64,000 nucleotides of DNA, taken from contig OX597818.1 of assembly GCA_951406725.2 (NCBI GenBank), positions 92,628,001 through 92,692,000 of the forward strand, given 5' to 3'. Each line of letters begins with the position of its first letter. Position 1 is the stretch's first letter. The stretch comes from Octopus vulgaris. Its lineage: Eukaryota. The notes below the pieces were generated by a model, which saw only the letters and a list, made by a program, of their open reading frames with translations, was not told the origin of the DNA and did no database searches. This document shows positions 1 through 14,382 of this stretch, piece after piece. The position numbers and the translations under genes were made by a program.

Positions 1-905
1 GCTAGTGTGATATCATCATCTTCGATGTTGATGTACTCAATTTTTGTCTCTTTGACCGCAGGTAAAGTGGCAAAGAATTCTTCTGGGTTGTTTACTTGCC
101 TGTGTCCTAGAGGTGTAGTTAACACACTTTGGAACTGTTCGTTCAGTATTTCACTTATCCTCGTGGGATTTCCTGTGAGAGAGCCATCTTTTTGGAAGAG
201 AGGTCCTATTCTCTGGTGCACTGTGGCTGTCTCTTTGGCAAACTTAAAGAAAGATTTAGGGTTTGATTTTATATTTTCTATTACCCAAGCTTCTTTATCT
301 GCTCTCTCCTTTTCATGGGACTGATGTAGACTTTTCTCAGTTTCCATTAGCATTCTTTCGAGCCGAGACTTCTCACCACTTTTGGTGTGCTTGCTCAGGC
401 GGTTTGCAATCCTTGTCCGTCGTCTCATAAGAATCCTCCTTTCTCTAGGGATCTTGTTTTTGTTCTTGTGTGTGCTGGCCCGGCACACTGGGACATATTT
501 GTCACATATGGCTTGTATTATGGACATGAAGTGTTTGTGTTTCATGCTTATGTCCGGTGTGGAGAGACATTCAGGCCAATCCTGTTTGAGGATCTCTTTC
601 TCAATCAACTTCCAGTTGGCTTTATGAAAGTTTAAGTTGGAAAGATGGTGGGTGCTTCGTATAGGCTGTGTGTCAACGGGGGCTTTTGTTCCATACATAG
701 ACAGCTCTATTATGTTGTGATCCGAGATCATTGTCGGCATCACATTAACATTATGGATAATATCCATATTGTTTGTGAAGCAGAGATCCAGTATATTATC
801 TGCCCTTGTTGGTTGCAGGACTATTTGCTCCATGAAAGAGGCATTTGTGAGATGGAGCAGGGACTCCACATGTGCCTGCTGATGGTGTGTCATCCCTGGG
901 AGCAT
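1..905 (-). mobile_element. Degenerate CR1-group LINE ORF2 fragment (end of APE endonuclease plus linker)
   Basis: Minus-strand translation gives QPTRADNILDLCFTNN...ISDHNIIEL (APE C-terminal SDH motif), then IENIKSNPKSFFKFAK...IGPL...ISEILNEQFQSVFT, typical of the CR1/L2 EN-RT linker; frameshifted. Confidence 0.8.
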
Positions 906-1663
906 CTGAACACATTTTTTCAATAATGTTTATTTCTACATTACACAATGGATATTACAACATACTTTTGAATCTTTAGACGTAAAATTACGTACTACTC
1001 CATGTATTGGATAAGTTTGCTCTATTTCAGTTTTCAACACAGATTTCAAATTAGTTATCTTCTTTATGCTGGTATAATGTTGATAACCTGCTCACTGGGA
1101 GTTTGACAAATAAATCAAAGTTGATTAAATTGGAATCGCTACAATATGACTAACTTTCCAAATATACTATTTGCCTTAAGAACATGCATATATTTCGGAC
1201 GATATGTAAGAACTCTAGTAGAAGAGATAAAAATCCTCGAAAACATATTGTATAGCATATCAACAAGTAAATTATAAAATCATTTTCTTTAAGATAACAT
1301 AAGATAACAGAAACACGAGATATTTCAATTCATTTAATTTGAATTTCCCACATTCTCTGTTTACAACCCCTGTTTTTTATGTTTTAATTATATTCTTTAT
1401 AATATTAATGTAGAATATAGAATATTTCGTATAAATAATATATATATAGTAAAATGAAATGAAGTATTGATTGTCTTATTGAATAGATGAAATGTTGAAT
1501 ATAAAATATTAGGGGACTAGTATAGTTTCATGTGTTATAGCAGTCTTCAAGGTCCTCAGGTTGTGACAGGAGTGTTTCATCCGTGTTTGACTGACTGTCT
1601 ATTGTCCTTTATATAATGTTATTGTGGGCAGCAGCAGAAGTTCTTTGACTATTTTTAGAAATG

Positions 1664-1701
<38 letters not shown>

Positions 1702-1737
1702 AAAGATAGATAGAGAGATAGAGAGAGAGAGAGAGAC

Positions 1738-1772
<35 letters not shown>

Positions 1773-1927
1773 CAAAGACAGACAGACAGATAGATACATA
1801 TATACATAGACAGAGAGTATAAGAACTATTCGTTGTTTGTTTATTTTAAAGTAAACAGGCAACAAGTTAATAACGAAAGGCTGACTTTTTTCTTCTCTAT
1901 ATATAGCATAACTAGTATCTGAACACA

Positions 1928-2130
1928 TTTTCCAATAATGTTAATTTGTACATTAAACAATATATAATTTTCCAATAATGTTAATTTGTATATTAAACAA
2001 TACATAATTTTCCAATAATGTTAATTTGTACATTAAACAATATATAATTTTCCAATAATGTTAATTTGTATATTAAACAATACATAATTTTCCAATAATC
2101 TTAATTTGTATATTAAAAAATACATAATAT
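1928..2130. repeat. 40-bp minisatellite (ttttccaataatgttaatttgtacattaaacaatatataa), about 5 units
   Basis: Direct tandem units; fewer units in the duplicated copies near 4820-4940 and 6300-6420. Confidence 0.9.
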
Positions 2131-2229
2131 TTGAAATAATGCGTTCAAACTAGTTAAGAACGAAAGGCTGTTTTATCAAAATCAATTTACATTTTTTATT
2201 TTTTTTATTTCGTTTTTATCATTTTCCAG

Positions 2230-2253
2230 TCGTACTTCCTGAAGCAGAAATTG
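2230..2253 (+). CDS. ITIH-like paralogue A, candidate 24-nt phase-1 micro-exon ([V]VLPEAEI)
   Basis: tttttatcattttccag|TCGTACTTCCTGAAGCAGAAATTG|gtgagt; length is a multiple of 3 and the frame is open. Confidence 0.6.
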
Positions 2254-3650
2254 GTGAGTACAAAACCTTCGTTGCTGGACATCTCTATATATAGCATAAC
2301 TAATATCTAAACCAGTTTTTTTTTTTAATAATGTAGACTTCTTCTTTTCACAATGTATATATTACAAAAGACATTTGAATCCCTGAAACATACAAATTGC
2401 GTGCTACTCGGTGTATTCGTCACGTTTGATATATTTCAGTTTTTAACCCAGATTTCAAATTAGGAAAAGAAAGATTGACGATATTCACGTGTGAGCAACG
2501 AGAGAGTGTAAAGGAGAAACAGGGGGAGAGAGATGCAGATAGAGAACTGTGAAGGGGAGAAAAAAGGAATTAGAGTAAGGATGAGAGAGAAAACGTTAAG
2601 GGGAGTGAACAGTATAGGGTAGAGTCGCATCAAAAAGATTCAGATATACAGCATTCAATCAAATAATAATATAAATATATATATGCATATATATATATAT
2701 AGAGAGAGAGAGACAGAGAGACAGAGAGAGACAGAGAGAGAGAGACAGAGAGAGAGAGACAGAGAGAGAGAGAGACAGAGAGAGAGAGAGATACAGACAG
2801 ACAGAGAGACAGAGAGAGAGCATAACGTGTGATGTACAGAAATTGAATATTAAGAAAAAAAGGTCGTCAGAATTTTAAAAAACTCTTTAGTTCATCATTA
2901 TTATTAGCACTTACGTTCCTTTCTGGAACTTGTCAAATAAAATATGAATACACAAACAGTTTGTTGATTTATATAAAACATGCTTTTTAACAGTTTTGTT
3001 TAGGAGAGAATATTGATATTGTTTTTTGGTGTTGAGTTTTTCATGACAATGGAGATGGATAAAAATATCACCTTCCTATTCACCGTTTATTTATTTAGTC
3101 GTTTACCATTGTATTGGTTTAAAGTTGGTGACCTCTTCAAAAACAAAATAGTTGCGGTTTGGTCATCACTGAAAGACATTTTAATTTCACTCTTAACACT
3201 TCTTTCTTTCCTTTCTTTCTTCTTCTTTCTTTTTCCTCCTGTCTTTCTGTATATTATATATATATATATTGAGTGAGAACACGGCATGGACGATTTTTTG
3301 GAGTCCAAACGCCCATTTCATTATGAAGATTTACAAACATACTTTCCCAGGGATACTCGGTTTACCTACCATTATAAATAATACCAAATTTCTTTCTCAA
3401 ACCTTTCATAATGTGATACAAGTCTTTCGTGAAGCAATTGCATGCGGCCGAAGAGGGCTTTTAAACTATCTGTTATGTCGATTATGCACTGATGTAAGAA
3501 TAAGTGGTTCTATAAAGCTCAAAACATTTGTACAGAGACTACATTTGTGTCCTGTTTTTCATTTTATTTCATTTGATACACATATCCCCTCAACTATGCT
3601 TCTAGCTGGCATAAATAGGTGCTTACATTTATCAAGTATTCACCCTGAAT

Positions 3651-3688
<38 letters not shown>

Positions 3689-3781
3689 GAATGTACGTAT
3701 GTATGTATGTATGTATGTATATATATATATATATATGAATGTATGTATGTATGCATATATATATGAATGTATTTATAAACG

Positions 3782-3845
<64 letters not shown>

Positions 3846-3862
3846 CATGTATGTATGTATGT

Positions 3863-4245
3863 GGAGCAGCAATGGCCCAGTGGTTAGGGCAGCGGAATCG
3901 CGGTCGTAGGATCGTGGTTTCGATTCCCAGACCGGGCGTTGCGAGTGTTTATTGAGCGAAAACATCTAAAAAGCTCCACGAGGCTCCGGCAGGGATGGTG
4001 GTGATCCCTGCTGTACACTTTCACCACAACTTTCTCTCACTCTTACTTCCTGTTTCTGTCGTACCTGTATTTCAAAGGGCCGGCCTTGTCAATCTCTGTG
4101 TCACGCTGAATATCCCCGAGATCTACGTTAAAGGTACACGTGTCTGTGAAGTGCTCAGCCACTTACACATTAATTTCACGAGCAGGCTGTTCCGTTGAAC
4201 GGATCAACCGGAACCGTCTTTGTCAGAACCGACGGAGTGCTTCCA
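3863..4245 (+). mobile_element. tRNA-derived SINE (family 3)
   Basis: tRNA-like A box (tggcccagtggttagg) and B box (ggtttcgattccc); related copies at 33641-33765 (+) and 59930-60130 (-). Confidence 0.85.
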
Positions 4246-4307
4246 TGTATTTCCAATTAGTTATTTTCTTTATAGTGCTATGGGCGGGGGTTCTATTTTT
4301 AGAAATG

Positions 4308-4371
<64 letters not shown>

Positions 4372-4407
4372 AAAGATAGATAGAGAGATAGAGAGAGAGA
4401 GAGAGAC

Positions 4408-4438
<31 letters not shown>

Positions 4439-5044
4439 CAAAGACAGACAGACAGATAGATACATATATACATAGACAGAGAGTATAAAAACACATCATT
4501 GTTTCTTTATTTCAAAATAAACAGGCAACAAGTTAATAAAGAAAGGCTGACATTTTTCTTCTCTATAAATTGCATAACTAGTATCTGAACACATTTTCCA
4601 ATAATGTTAATTTGTACATTAAACAATAGATAATATTTGAAATAATGCGATCAAACTAGTTAATAACAAAAGGCTGTTTTATCAAAATTATTTCAAATTA
4701 TTTTTTGTTGTTTTTTGTTTTCCTTTTTCGGGCGAAGGGCATGGATCGGATATTGATCAGTAGAAAAGCTTCCTTACTTCATTTCTCTATATATAACGTC
4801 ACTAACTTCTGAACACATTTTCCAGTAACGCTAATTTGTACATTAAACAATATATAATTTTCCAATAATGTTAATTTGTACATTAAACAATATATAATTT
4901 TCCAATAATCTTAATTTGTACATTAAACAATACATATTATTTGAAATAATGCGTTCAAACTAGTTAAGAACGAAAGGCTGTTTTATCAAAATCAATTTAC
5001 ATTTTTTTTTTTTTTATTTCGTTTTTATCATTTTTCTGTCGTAG

Positions 5045-5062
5045 TTCCTGAAGCAGAATTTG
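5045..5062 (+). CDS. ITIH-like paralogue A, candidate 18-nt phase-1 micro-exon (VPEAEF)
   Basis: tttttctgtcgtag|TTCCTGAAGCAGAATTTG|gtgagt. Confidence 0.62.
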
Positions 5063-5845
5063 GTGAGTACAAAAGTTTCGTTGTTTCACTTCTCTATATA
5101 TAGCATAACTAATATCTAAACACGTTTTTTTTTTCAATAATGTAGACTTCTTCTTTCCACAATGCATATATTACAAAAGACATTTGAATCCCTGAAACAT
5201 ACAAAATGCGTAGTACTCGGTGTATTTATAACGTTTGATATATTTCAGTTTTCAACCCAGATTTCAAATTAGGAAAAGAAAGATGGACGATGTTCACGTG
5301 TGACCAATGAGGGAGAGAAAAGGAGAAAGATGGGGAGAGAGATCCAGATAGAGAACTGTGAAGGGGAGAAAAAAGAAATTAGAGAAAGGATGAGAGAGAA
5401 AACGATAAGGGGTGTGAAAAGTATAGGGTAGAGTCGCATCAAAAAGATTCAATCAAATAATAATATATATATATATGCATATATATACATACATTTATAT
5501 ATATATATGTTGATATATATATTTGAATTTCACACATTCTCTGTTTACAACCCCTGTTTTTTATGTTTTAATTATATTCTTTATAATATTAATGTAGAAT
5601 ATAGAATATTTCGTATAAATAATATATATATAGTAAAATGAAATGTAGTATTGATTGTCTTATTGAATAGATGAAATGTTGAATATAAAATATTAGGGGA
5701 CTAGTATAGTTTCATGTGTTATAGCAGTCTTCAAGGTCCTTAGGTTGTGACAGGAGTGTTTCATCCGTGTTTGACTGACTGTCTATTGTCCTTTATATAA
5801 TGTTATTGTGGGCAGCAGCAGAAGTTCTTTGATTATTTGTATAAA

Positions 5846-5881
<36 letters not shown>

Positions 5882-5887
5882 AAAGAT

Positions 5888-5932
<45 letters not shown>

Positions 5933-6524
5933 TAGATAGATACATATATACATAGACAGAGAGTATAAGAACTATTCATTGTTTGTTTATTTTAAAATAA
6001 ACAGGCAACAACTTAATAACGAAAGGCTGACTTTTTTCTTCTCCATATATAGCATAACTAGTATCTGAACACATTTTCCAATAATGTTAATTTGTACATT
6101 AAACAATAGATAATATTTGAAATAATGCGATCAAACTAGTTAATAACGAAAGACTGTTTTATCAAAATTATTTCAAATTATTTTTTGTTGTTTTTTGTTT
6201 TCCATTTTCGGGCGAAGGGCATGGATCGGATATTGGTCAGTAGAAAAGCTTCCTTACTTCATTTCTCTATATATAGCATCACTAACATCTGAACACATTT
6301 TCCAATAACGCTAATTTGTACATTAAGCAATATATAAGTTTCCAATAATGTTAATTTGTACATTAAATAATACATAATTTTCCAATAATGTTAATTTGTA
6401 TATTAAACAATACATAATATTTGAAATAATGCTTTCAAACTAGTTAAGAACGAAAGGCTGTTTTATCAAAATCAATTTACATTTTTCTTTTTTTTATTTC
6501 GTTTTTATCATTTTTCTGTCGTAG

Positions 6525-6542
6525 TTCCTGAAGCAGAAATTG
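6525..6542 (+). CDS. ITIH-like paralogue A, candidate 18-nt phase-1 micro-exon (VPEAEI)
   Basis: tttttctgtcgtag|TTCCTGAAGCAGAAATTG|gtgagt. Confidence 0.62.
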
Positions 6543-6985
6543 GTGAGTACAAAAGCTTCGTTGCTTGACATCTCTATGTATAGCATAACTAATATCTAAA
6601 CACGTTTTTTTTCCCAATAATGTAGACTTCTTCTTTCCACAATGCATATATTACAAAAGACATTTGAATCCCTGAAACATACAAATTGCGTAGTACTCGG
6701 TGTATTTGTAACGTTTGATATATTTCAGTTTTCAACCCAGATTTCAAATTAGGAAAAGAAAGATGGACGATGTTCACGTGTGACCAATGAGAGAGTGAAA
6801 AGGAGAAAGAGGGGGAGAGAGATCCAGATAGAGAACTGTGAAGGGGAGAAAAAAGGAATTATAGAAAGGATGTGAGAGAAAACGATAAGGGGAGTATAGG
6901 GTAGAGTCGCATCAAAAATATTCAATCAAATATTAATATAAATATATATATGCATATATATACATACATTTATATATATATATAT

Positions 6986-7122
<137 letters not shown>

Positions 7123-7641
7123 GAGAGGGGGAGGAAGTGAAAAAGAGAGTATTAGGTGTGATGTACAAAATTGAATATTAAGAAAAAAAGGTCGTCAAAA
7201 TTTTGAAAAACCCTTTAGTTCATCATTATTATTAGCGCTTTCGTTCCTTTCTGGAACTTGTCAAATAAAATATGAATGCACAAACAGCTTGTTGATTTAT
7301 ATAAAACATGCTTTTTAACAGTTTTGTTTCGAAGCGAATATTGATATTGTTTTTTGGTGTTGAGTTTTTCATGACAATGGAGATGGATAGAAATATCACC
7401 TTCCTATTCACCGTTTATTTATTTATCTCCTTCTTTATCATTGTATTGGCTTAAGGATGGTGACCTCTTCAAAAACAAAATAGTTGCGGTTTGGTCATCA
7501 CTGAAAGTCATTTAGTTTAATTTCACTCTTGACCCTTCTTTTTTTTCTTTGTTTCTTCTTCTTTCTTTTTCCTCCTATCTTTCTGTATATAATGTATGTA
7601 TATATATATATATATGAATGTATGTATGTCTGTATGTGTGT

Positions 7642-7688
<47 letters not shown>

Positions 7689-7770
7689 GGTCCCGGGTTG
7701 ATTCGGGGTTAACCACAGTAAATAAGGTACTCAATACATAGCAGAGTAAAATTAATTTATTATATAGAAG

Positions 7771-7823
7771 GAGCTTCTACAGGACTAGAACTGTTTCATT
7801 CAAGAGAAATCTTCAGGAAGCTC
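7771..7823 (-). ncRNA. Type I hammerhead ribozyme (mirror copy)
   Basis: Exact reverse complement of 7826-7878. Confidence 0.8.
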
Positions 7824-7825
7824 CT

Positions 7826-7878
7826 GAGCTTCCTGAAGATTTCTCTTGAATGAAACAGTTCTAGTCCTGTAGAAGCTC
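7826..7878 (+). ncRNA. Type I hammerhead ribozyme
   Basis: GAGCUUC-CUGAAGA-U UUC UCUU GAA U-GAA-ACAG UUCUAGUC CUGU-A^-GAAGCUC: 7-bp stem I, intact core, 3-bp stem II (U.U at 10.1-11.1), 4-bp stem III, GUA cleavage triplet. Confidence 0.8.
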
Positions 7879-7890
7879 CTTCTATATAAT

Positions 7891-9075
<1,185 letters not shown>

Positions 9076-9375
9076 AGACTGACAGATATTGAATTTATGA
9101 TTCCATAATGTATTTATGTGGAGTTTTTTTGAAACAAGCCAAATTATTTTCGCACTGGTGACTACACTGAGAATAACTTGTCAAAAGTAATATTTTCATT
9201 AAGGACATAATTATATCCCAAACATTTTTACAAACTCTTAAGAAATTCCACGACAGCATGCATGGGGAAATAAAGTACAAAATTATATTTTTACGATAAT
9301 GTAAATGAACAAGAGATTTTCTATTTTAATGATTCAATATAAATTAAAATATCTATCATTTTTCTCTTTTTCCAG

Positions 9376-9390
9376 GCGTTCAACCGACGT
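9376..9390 (+). CDS. ITIH-like paralogue A, candidate 15-nt phase-1 micro-exon (GVQPT)
   Basis: tttctctttttccag|GCGTTCAACCGACGT|gtaagt; strong sites on both sides. Confidence 0.65.
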
Positions 9391-9699
9391 GTAAGTAACT
9401 ATTTCATTCATACGAGAGTAATTTTCATAAAGGATAAAGCAGAATCCAAGGACACTGCTAGTAATCTGCATCGGCAAGATATTCATTATTTAGGGAAAAA
9501 CGACAGAAAGAGTACAGTCTTTTCTGTTCCATAACAGAACTGGGTTTTTGACTTCGAAATTTTTTAGCGGAGTGTTAATAGTTAAGAGTTCAATTGGCAA
9601 TATTAGGTAGTGCTATTACCTCGGTGACATAGTAAGCCCCTAAGTGCATATTTCAAAATAAAATTTCATGCCTTGTAACGTTTATATTTTCCTTTTCAG

Positions 9700-9711
9700 T
9701 AACTCAAACTC
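9700..9711 (+). CDS. ITIH-like paralogue A, candidate 12-nt phase-1 micro-exon (LTQT)
   Basis: atattttccttttcag|TAACTCAAACTC|gtaagt. Confidence 0.5.
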
Positions 9712-9719
9712 GTAAGTTG

Positions 9720-10458
9720 CTATCGAGGGACTGCTTCGGGGATGAGTTTAGCAGAATATGCTGCAAGTTATTGGCGCCTTTTTATTGGTAGTTTGAAAAG
9801 AAGTTTGAAATATGTTCTGCTTCATAATGGAAAAATATTGGCCTATGTTCCAATTGCTCACTTTACGAAACTAGCAAAGAAATGTAAAATTGTGAAAGCA
9901 GTTCTGGAATAAATTAAGTACCATAATCATCAGTGGACTTTAAGTTGGCCAGTTTTATTCTTGAGTGACAAAGTAGATGCACAACCTATCCATGCATTTT
10001 ATGCATGTGGACATCAGAACCATGGAAAACATTGGGTGATCATAGAATGGCGGCGGCGAACATTGGTTCCAGAGTCTTTTAATGTGGTTGAAGAACCTTT
10101 AATTCAACCGGTAAAAATCATTCCACCTCTATTCCATATCAAATTTGGCATTATAAAACAGTTTGTTAAAACTCTGGATGAAGATGGATCATACTTTCAT
10201 TATAACTGCAGCGCATTCCCCGGCCTGTGCGATACAAGATAAAAGCTGGAGTATTTGATGGGACTCAAATCAGAAAATTGTTTCTCATAAGCTGTTTTAT
10301 TAGGAAAAAACAATGAAATTCTATGGATACAATATCTTGAAATCTTGATATGGTAGTCATAAATGGATGTTATTTTCGGATTCTTTGTGTGAAAAGCCCC
10401 TATTTCAGATCCTAAGATTTTGACATCACAGAATAAACTTTTTTTTGTTGGCCTGTGT
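9720..10458 (+). mobile_element. Degenerate DNA-transposon transposase fragment, probably Chapaev3-like (CMC superfamily)
   Basis: Broken frames give YWRLFIGSLKRSLKYVLLHNG...VPIAH, IIPPLFHIKFGIIKQFVKTLDEDG and KAGVFDGTQIRKL; ends in tttttgttggcctgtg, a TIR-like terminus. Family assignment is from recall. Confidence 0.6.
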
Positions 10459-10755
10459 AATTCGTCTAAATTATTCTCTTAAAGCAATTCATGAAAAATT
10501 ATGTAAATTCTAAATATTGCATTATAGAAAGTATTATAATACATGAAGATAAACATGAATAAGCAATAATGATTTTGTAATATCTTCAAATCTTTCTTTA
10601 CAGTTCTCATCATATGTAGCAGTTTAAATTACATGCACTTCAAATGAAGTTAAAGATTTTGAATAGAACCATCGCATTTGTTGTTATGAGACAGATGAAA
10701 TATATTTTAGCATTAACAACGAAGTTTAGTTTTAACGATATTTCATTTTGAACAG

Positions 10756-10759
10756 ATAT
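10756..10759 (+). CDS. ITIH-like paralogue A, candidate 4-nt micro-exon (ATAT)
   Basis: tttcattttgaacag|ATAT|gtatct (weak donor); together with 11010-11014 it restores frame and yields H-I-P-G, matching N-I-P-G of paralogue B. Confidence 0.4.
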
Positions 10760-11009
10760 GTATCTTTTCTAGGAAACATCATTGAGCACCCAAAATTACT
10801 CAATATCTATTGTCTTCTTCGGGAAATTTGTTTTAAATCTACTATAATTTCTGTTCATAAAATGGTTTAATCCGAAAGTAAAGTTTTCTGTTCATTTTTT
10901 ATAATGAGTAAGCTTTAAATTGTTATAATATATTTTTAGCACTCACACACACATCTCATCAGACAGTTTCAACAACAGCAAGAGAATTCCCACTTTTTAT
11001 TTTTCACAG

Positions 11010-11014
11010 CCCTG
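11010..11014 (+). CDS. ITIH-like paralogue A, candidate 5-nt micro-exon (CCCTG)
   Basis: ctttttatttttcacag|CCCTG|gtaaga; strong acceptor and donor; supplies Pro and the first G of Gly before ILIKP. Confidence 0.5.
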
Positions 11015-11098
11015 GTAAGAAAACATGAACTTATGAAATATTTCTATATTTCTTTGCTTTTAAAGATATTAATCTCCCGTTTGTACGTCAGCAAATAT

Positions 11099-11141
<43 letters not shown>

Positions 11142-11158
11142 ATATATACACACACAGG

Positions 11159-11197
<39 letters not shown>

Positions 11198-11783
11198 ATA
11201 TATATATATATATATATATATATCAGTGTCAAATCTTCACTTTATATATATATATATATATATATCTGTATGTGTATATATGTATGTGTGTATATATTTG
11301 TGTGTATCCTTCTGGATAAAAGAATGTCGGAGGCTACACGTGGAAGGGTTTTACAACCTAATAATTACATGTTATTTTTTATAGTTTTAAATGTACTTTC
11401 AAAGCTAAAGAATTTAATTTATAACAATTAATGATTTTCACTTAATCGAATTATCTTTTTTTTTTTCGTTAATTGCTTTACCAACACTCAGCAATTAATG
11501 TAATTGTTCTAAAACTGTTTTACAGAAAATTATGATTTCATTTTTGTTTTTTGTTTTTTTTGTTTTTTTTGGGGGGTGGGGGTTGTAGCTGTACTTAATT
11601 AGTATTCAATTGAGAAACCTAAATATATCTGAGTGTGTATGTTTGTATGTGTACTTTAATCAGTAGGCGGATATATTCACTCACGTTTGCTCATTATTGG
11701 TATAATGACTCTCCCAAGATACAACAAACACAGGAAGGTAATATTTCAAAATTCTTTTTCTATGTTTTATCTTCTCTTTCTAG

Positions 11784-11888
11784 GTATTCTAATAAAACCA
11801 TTAAACTGCTTGACAGACTTGTGTTTTACTGATAGTATTCAATGCAGAAACCAAACTGAAATCTTTCTTTTGGCTGATGAGGAAGCAG
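11784..11888 (+). CDS. ITIH-like: ITIH-like paralogue A exon, start of ITI heavy-chain C-terminal domain
   Basis: tag|...|gtacga, 105 nt, phase 1-1; GILIKPLNCLTDLCFTDSIQCRNQTEIFLLADEEA, same length, phase and Cys spacing as 63277-63381. Confidence 0.85.
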
Positions 11889-12206
11889 GTACGAGATTCA
11901 ATATTTTTACCAGCTGGAGTTCGCCATAGAGATATGCTTGTCTCACTGTCTCATAACAATTATTAAAGGCACATAGACAATATTTTAATGTCCAAGATTT
12001 AAAATGTTACTTCTGGTTGTTAATACAATGCAAGTGTTCAAATTTTAAAAAAAAACAATATTTTGATCATTCTGAAAATTTCCGCCATGTTAAATCCAAT
12101 GAGTATAAGTACAATAATATAAAAATCAAAGTAATTAATTCAATGTAAAATAAATTTATATTATATTCTTATGTAATGTTTTGAATAAATTATCTTTATT
12201 CTACAG

Positions 12207-12473
12207 GTGTAAATGTTTATGGTCACGTGAAAAAAACATCAGACACTAATTGCTTAGAAACTCTCAACAGAATAGATTTTAGTACGCCTGACTTTCTTGC
12301 TAGCATTCAGGCTCACCCACAAGGCCAGACTGATATCCCCAGACCATTCGTAAATCAATTTTCACCTACATTTTCAATAACAGTAAGCCAATACCAAAGT
12401 GCGAACGCTGAAACATTTTTGTCCGTGCATTTCAATATACTTGGCAAGTTTGTTCGAGCAGGAGGAATTTTGA
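12207..12473 (+). CDS. ITIH-like: ITIH-like paralogue A exon, ITI heavy-chain C-terminal domain
   Basis: ctacag|...|gtaagt, 267 nt, phase 1-1; GVNVYGHV...ETFLSVHFNILGKFVRAGGIL resembles GVTVNGQL...FLGFY...HGLLG of ITIH C-termini. Confidence 0.8.
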
Positions 12474-12678
12474 GTAAGTAATATATATTTTCTAAAACTA
12501 AATATTAATAATTTTGCTACATTAAAATTAAGGTTTGGCTGTGTGCTAAGAAGTTTACTTTTTAACTATTTGGGTCAGAGGTTATGAAAAATACAGAATA
12601 TAAAGTTATAAAGTAACATAACAACTACTCAACTTATATTTTCATTTGTTTCCTCTCTGCCTCCACATTTACATGTAG

Positions 12679-12897
12679 GCATACATACATACATACATAC
12701 ATACATACATACATACATACATACATACATACATGCATTCATACATACATACATACATACATACATTCATACATACATACATACATGCATACATACATAC
12801 ATACATACATACATACATACATACATACATACATTCATACATACATACATACATATATACATACATATATACATACATTAATACATACATACATACA

Positions 12898-12931
<34 letters not shown>

Positions 12932-14382
12932 CAGTCATACATACATACATACATATATTCATACATACATACATACATTCATACATACATACATACATAC
13001 ATTCATACATACATACATACATACATACATACATTCATACATACATATATACATACATATATACATACATTCATACATACATACATACATACATACATAC
13101 AGTCATACACATACATACATACATACATTCATACATACATACATACATGCATACATACATACATACATTCATGCATGCATACATGCATACATGCATACAT
13201 ACATACGTACATACATACATACATACATACATACATACATACATACATACATACATACATACATACATACATACATACATACATACATACATACATACAT
13301 ACATACATACATTCATACATACATATATACATACATACATTCATACATACATACATACATACATACACACATACATTCATACAAACATACATATTCATAC
13401 ATACATACATGCATACATACATACATACATTCATACATACATACATGCATACATGCATACATACATACATACATACATACATTCATACATACATACATAC
13501 ATTCTTACATACATACATACATACATTCATACATACATACATATATACATTCATACATATATACATACTTTCATACATACATACATGCATACATACATAC
13601 ATACATACATTCATCCATGCATACATGTACACATGCATTCATACATACATACATGCATACATACATCCATACATACATACATACATACATTCATACATAC
13701 TTACATACATACATACATACATACATATTCATACATACATACATGCATACATACATACATACATTCATACATACATACATGCATACATGCATACATACAT
13801 ACATACATACATACATACATACATACATACATACATACATACATTCTTACATACATACATACATACATTCATACATACATACATACATACATACATACAT
13901 ACATACATACATTCATACATACATACATGCATACATACATACATACATACATACATACATACATACATCCATGCATACATGCACACATGCATTCATACAT
14001 ACATACATGCATACATACATCCATACATACATACATACATACATTCATACATACTTACATACATACATTCATACATACATACAAACATTCATACATACAT
14101 ACATACATACATACATGCATGCATACATACATACATACATTCATGCATACATACATACATACATACATACATACATACATACATTCATACATACATACAT
14201 ACATACATTCATACATACATATATACATACATTCATACATACACACATACATACATACATACATACATACATTCATACATACATACATACATTCATACAT
14301 ACATACATACATACATACATACATACATACATACATGCATACATACATACATACATACATACATACATACATACATACATAG
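12679..14382. repeat. ~1.7-kb imperfect (CATA)n microsatellite
   Basis: Direct reading; source of the long HTYI-repeat ORFs. Confidence 0.97.

Larger units (their letters stand above)
7757..7892. repeat. Perfect inverted repeat (67-bp arms, 2-nt spacer) within a short insert flanked by (TA)n
   Basis: 7757-7823 is the exact reverse complement of 7826-7892. Confidence 0.95.

Noticed and set aside
1928-2130. 40-bp repeat array as a CRISPR array
   Set aside because: No unique spacers, eukaryotic context and no cas genes
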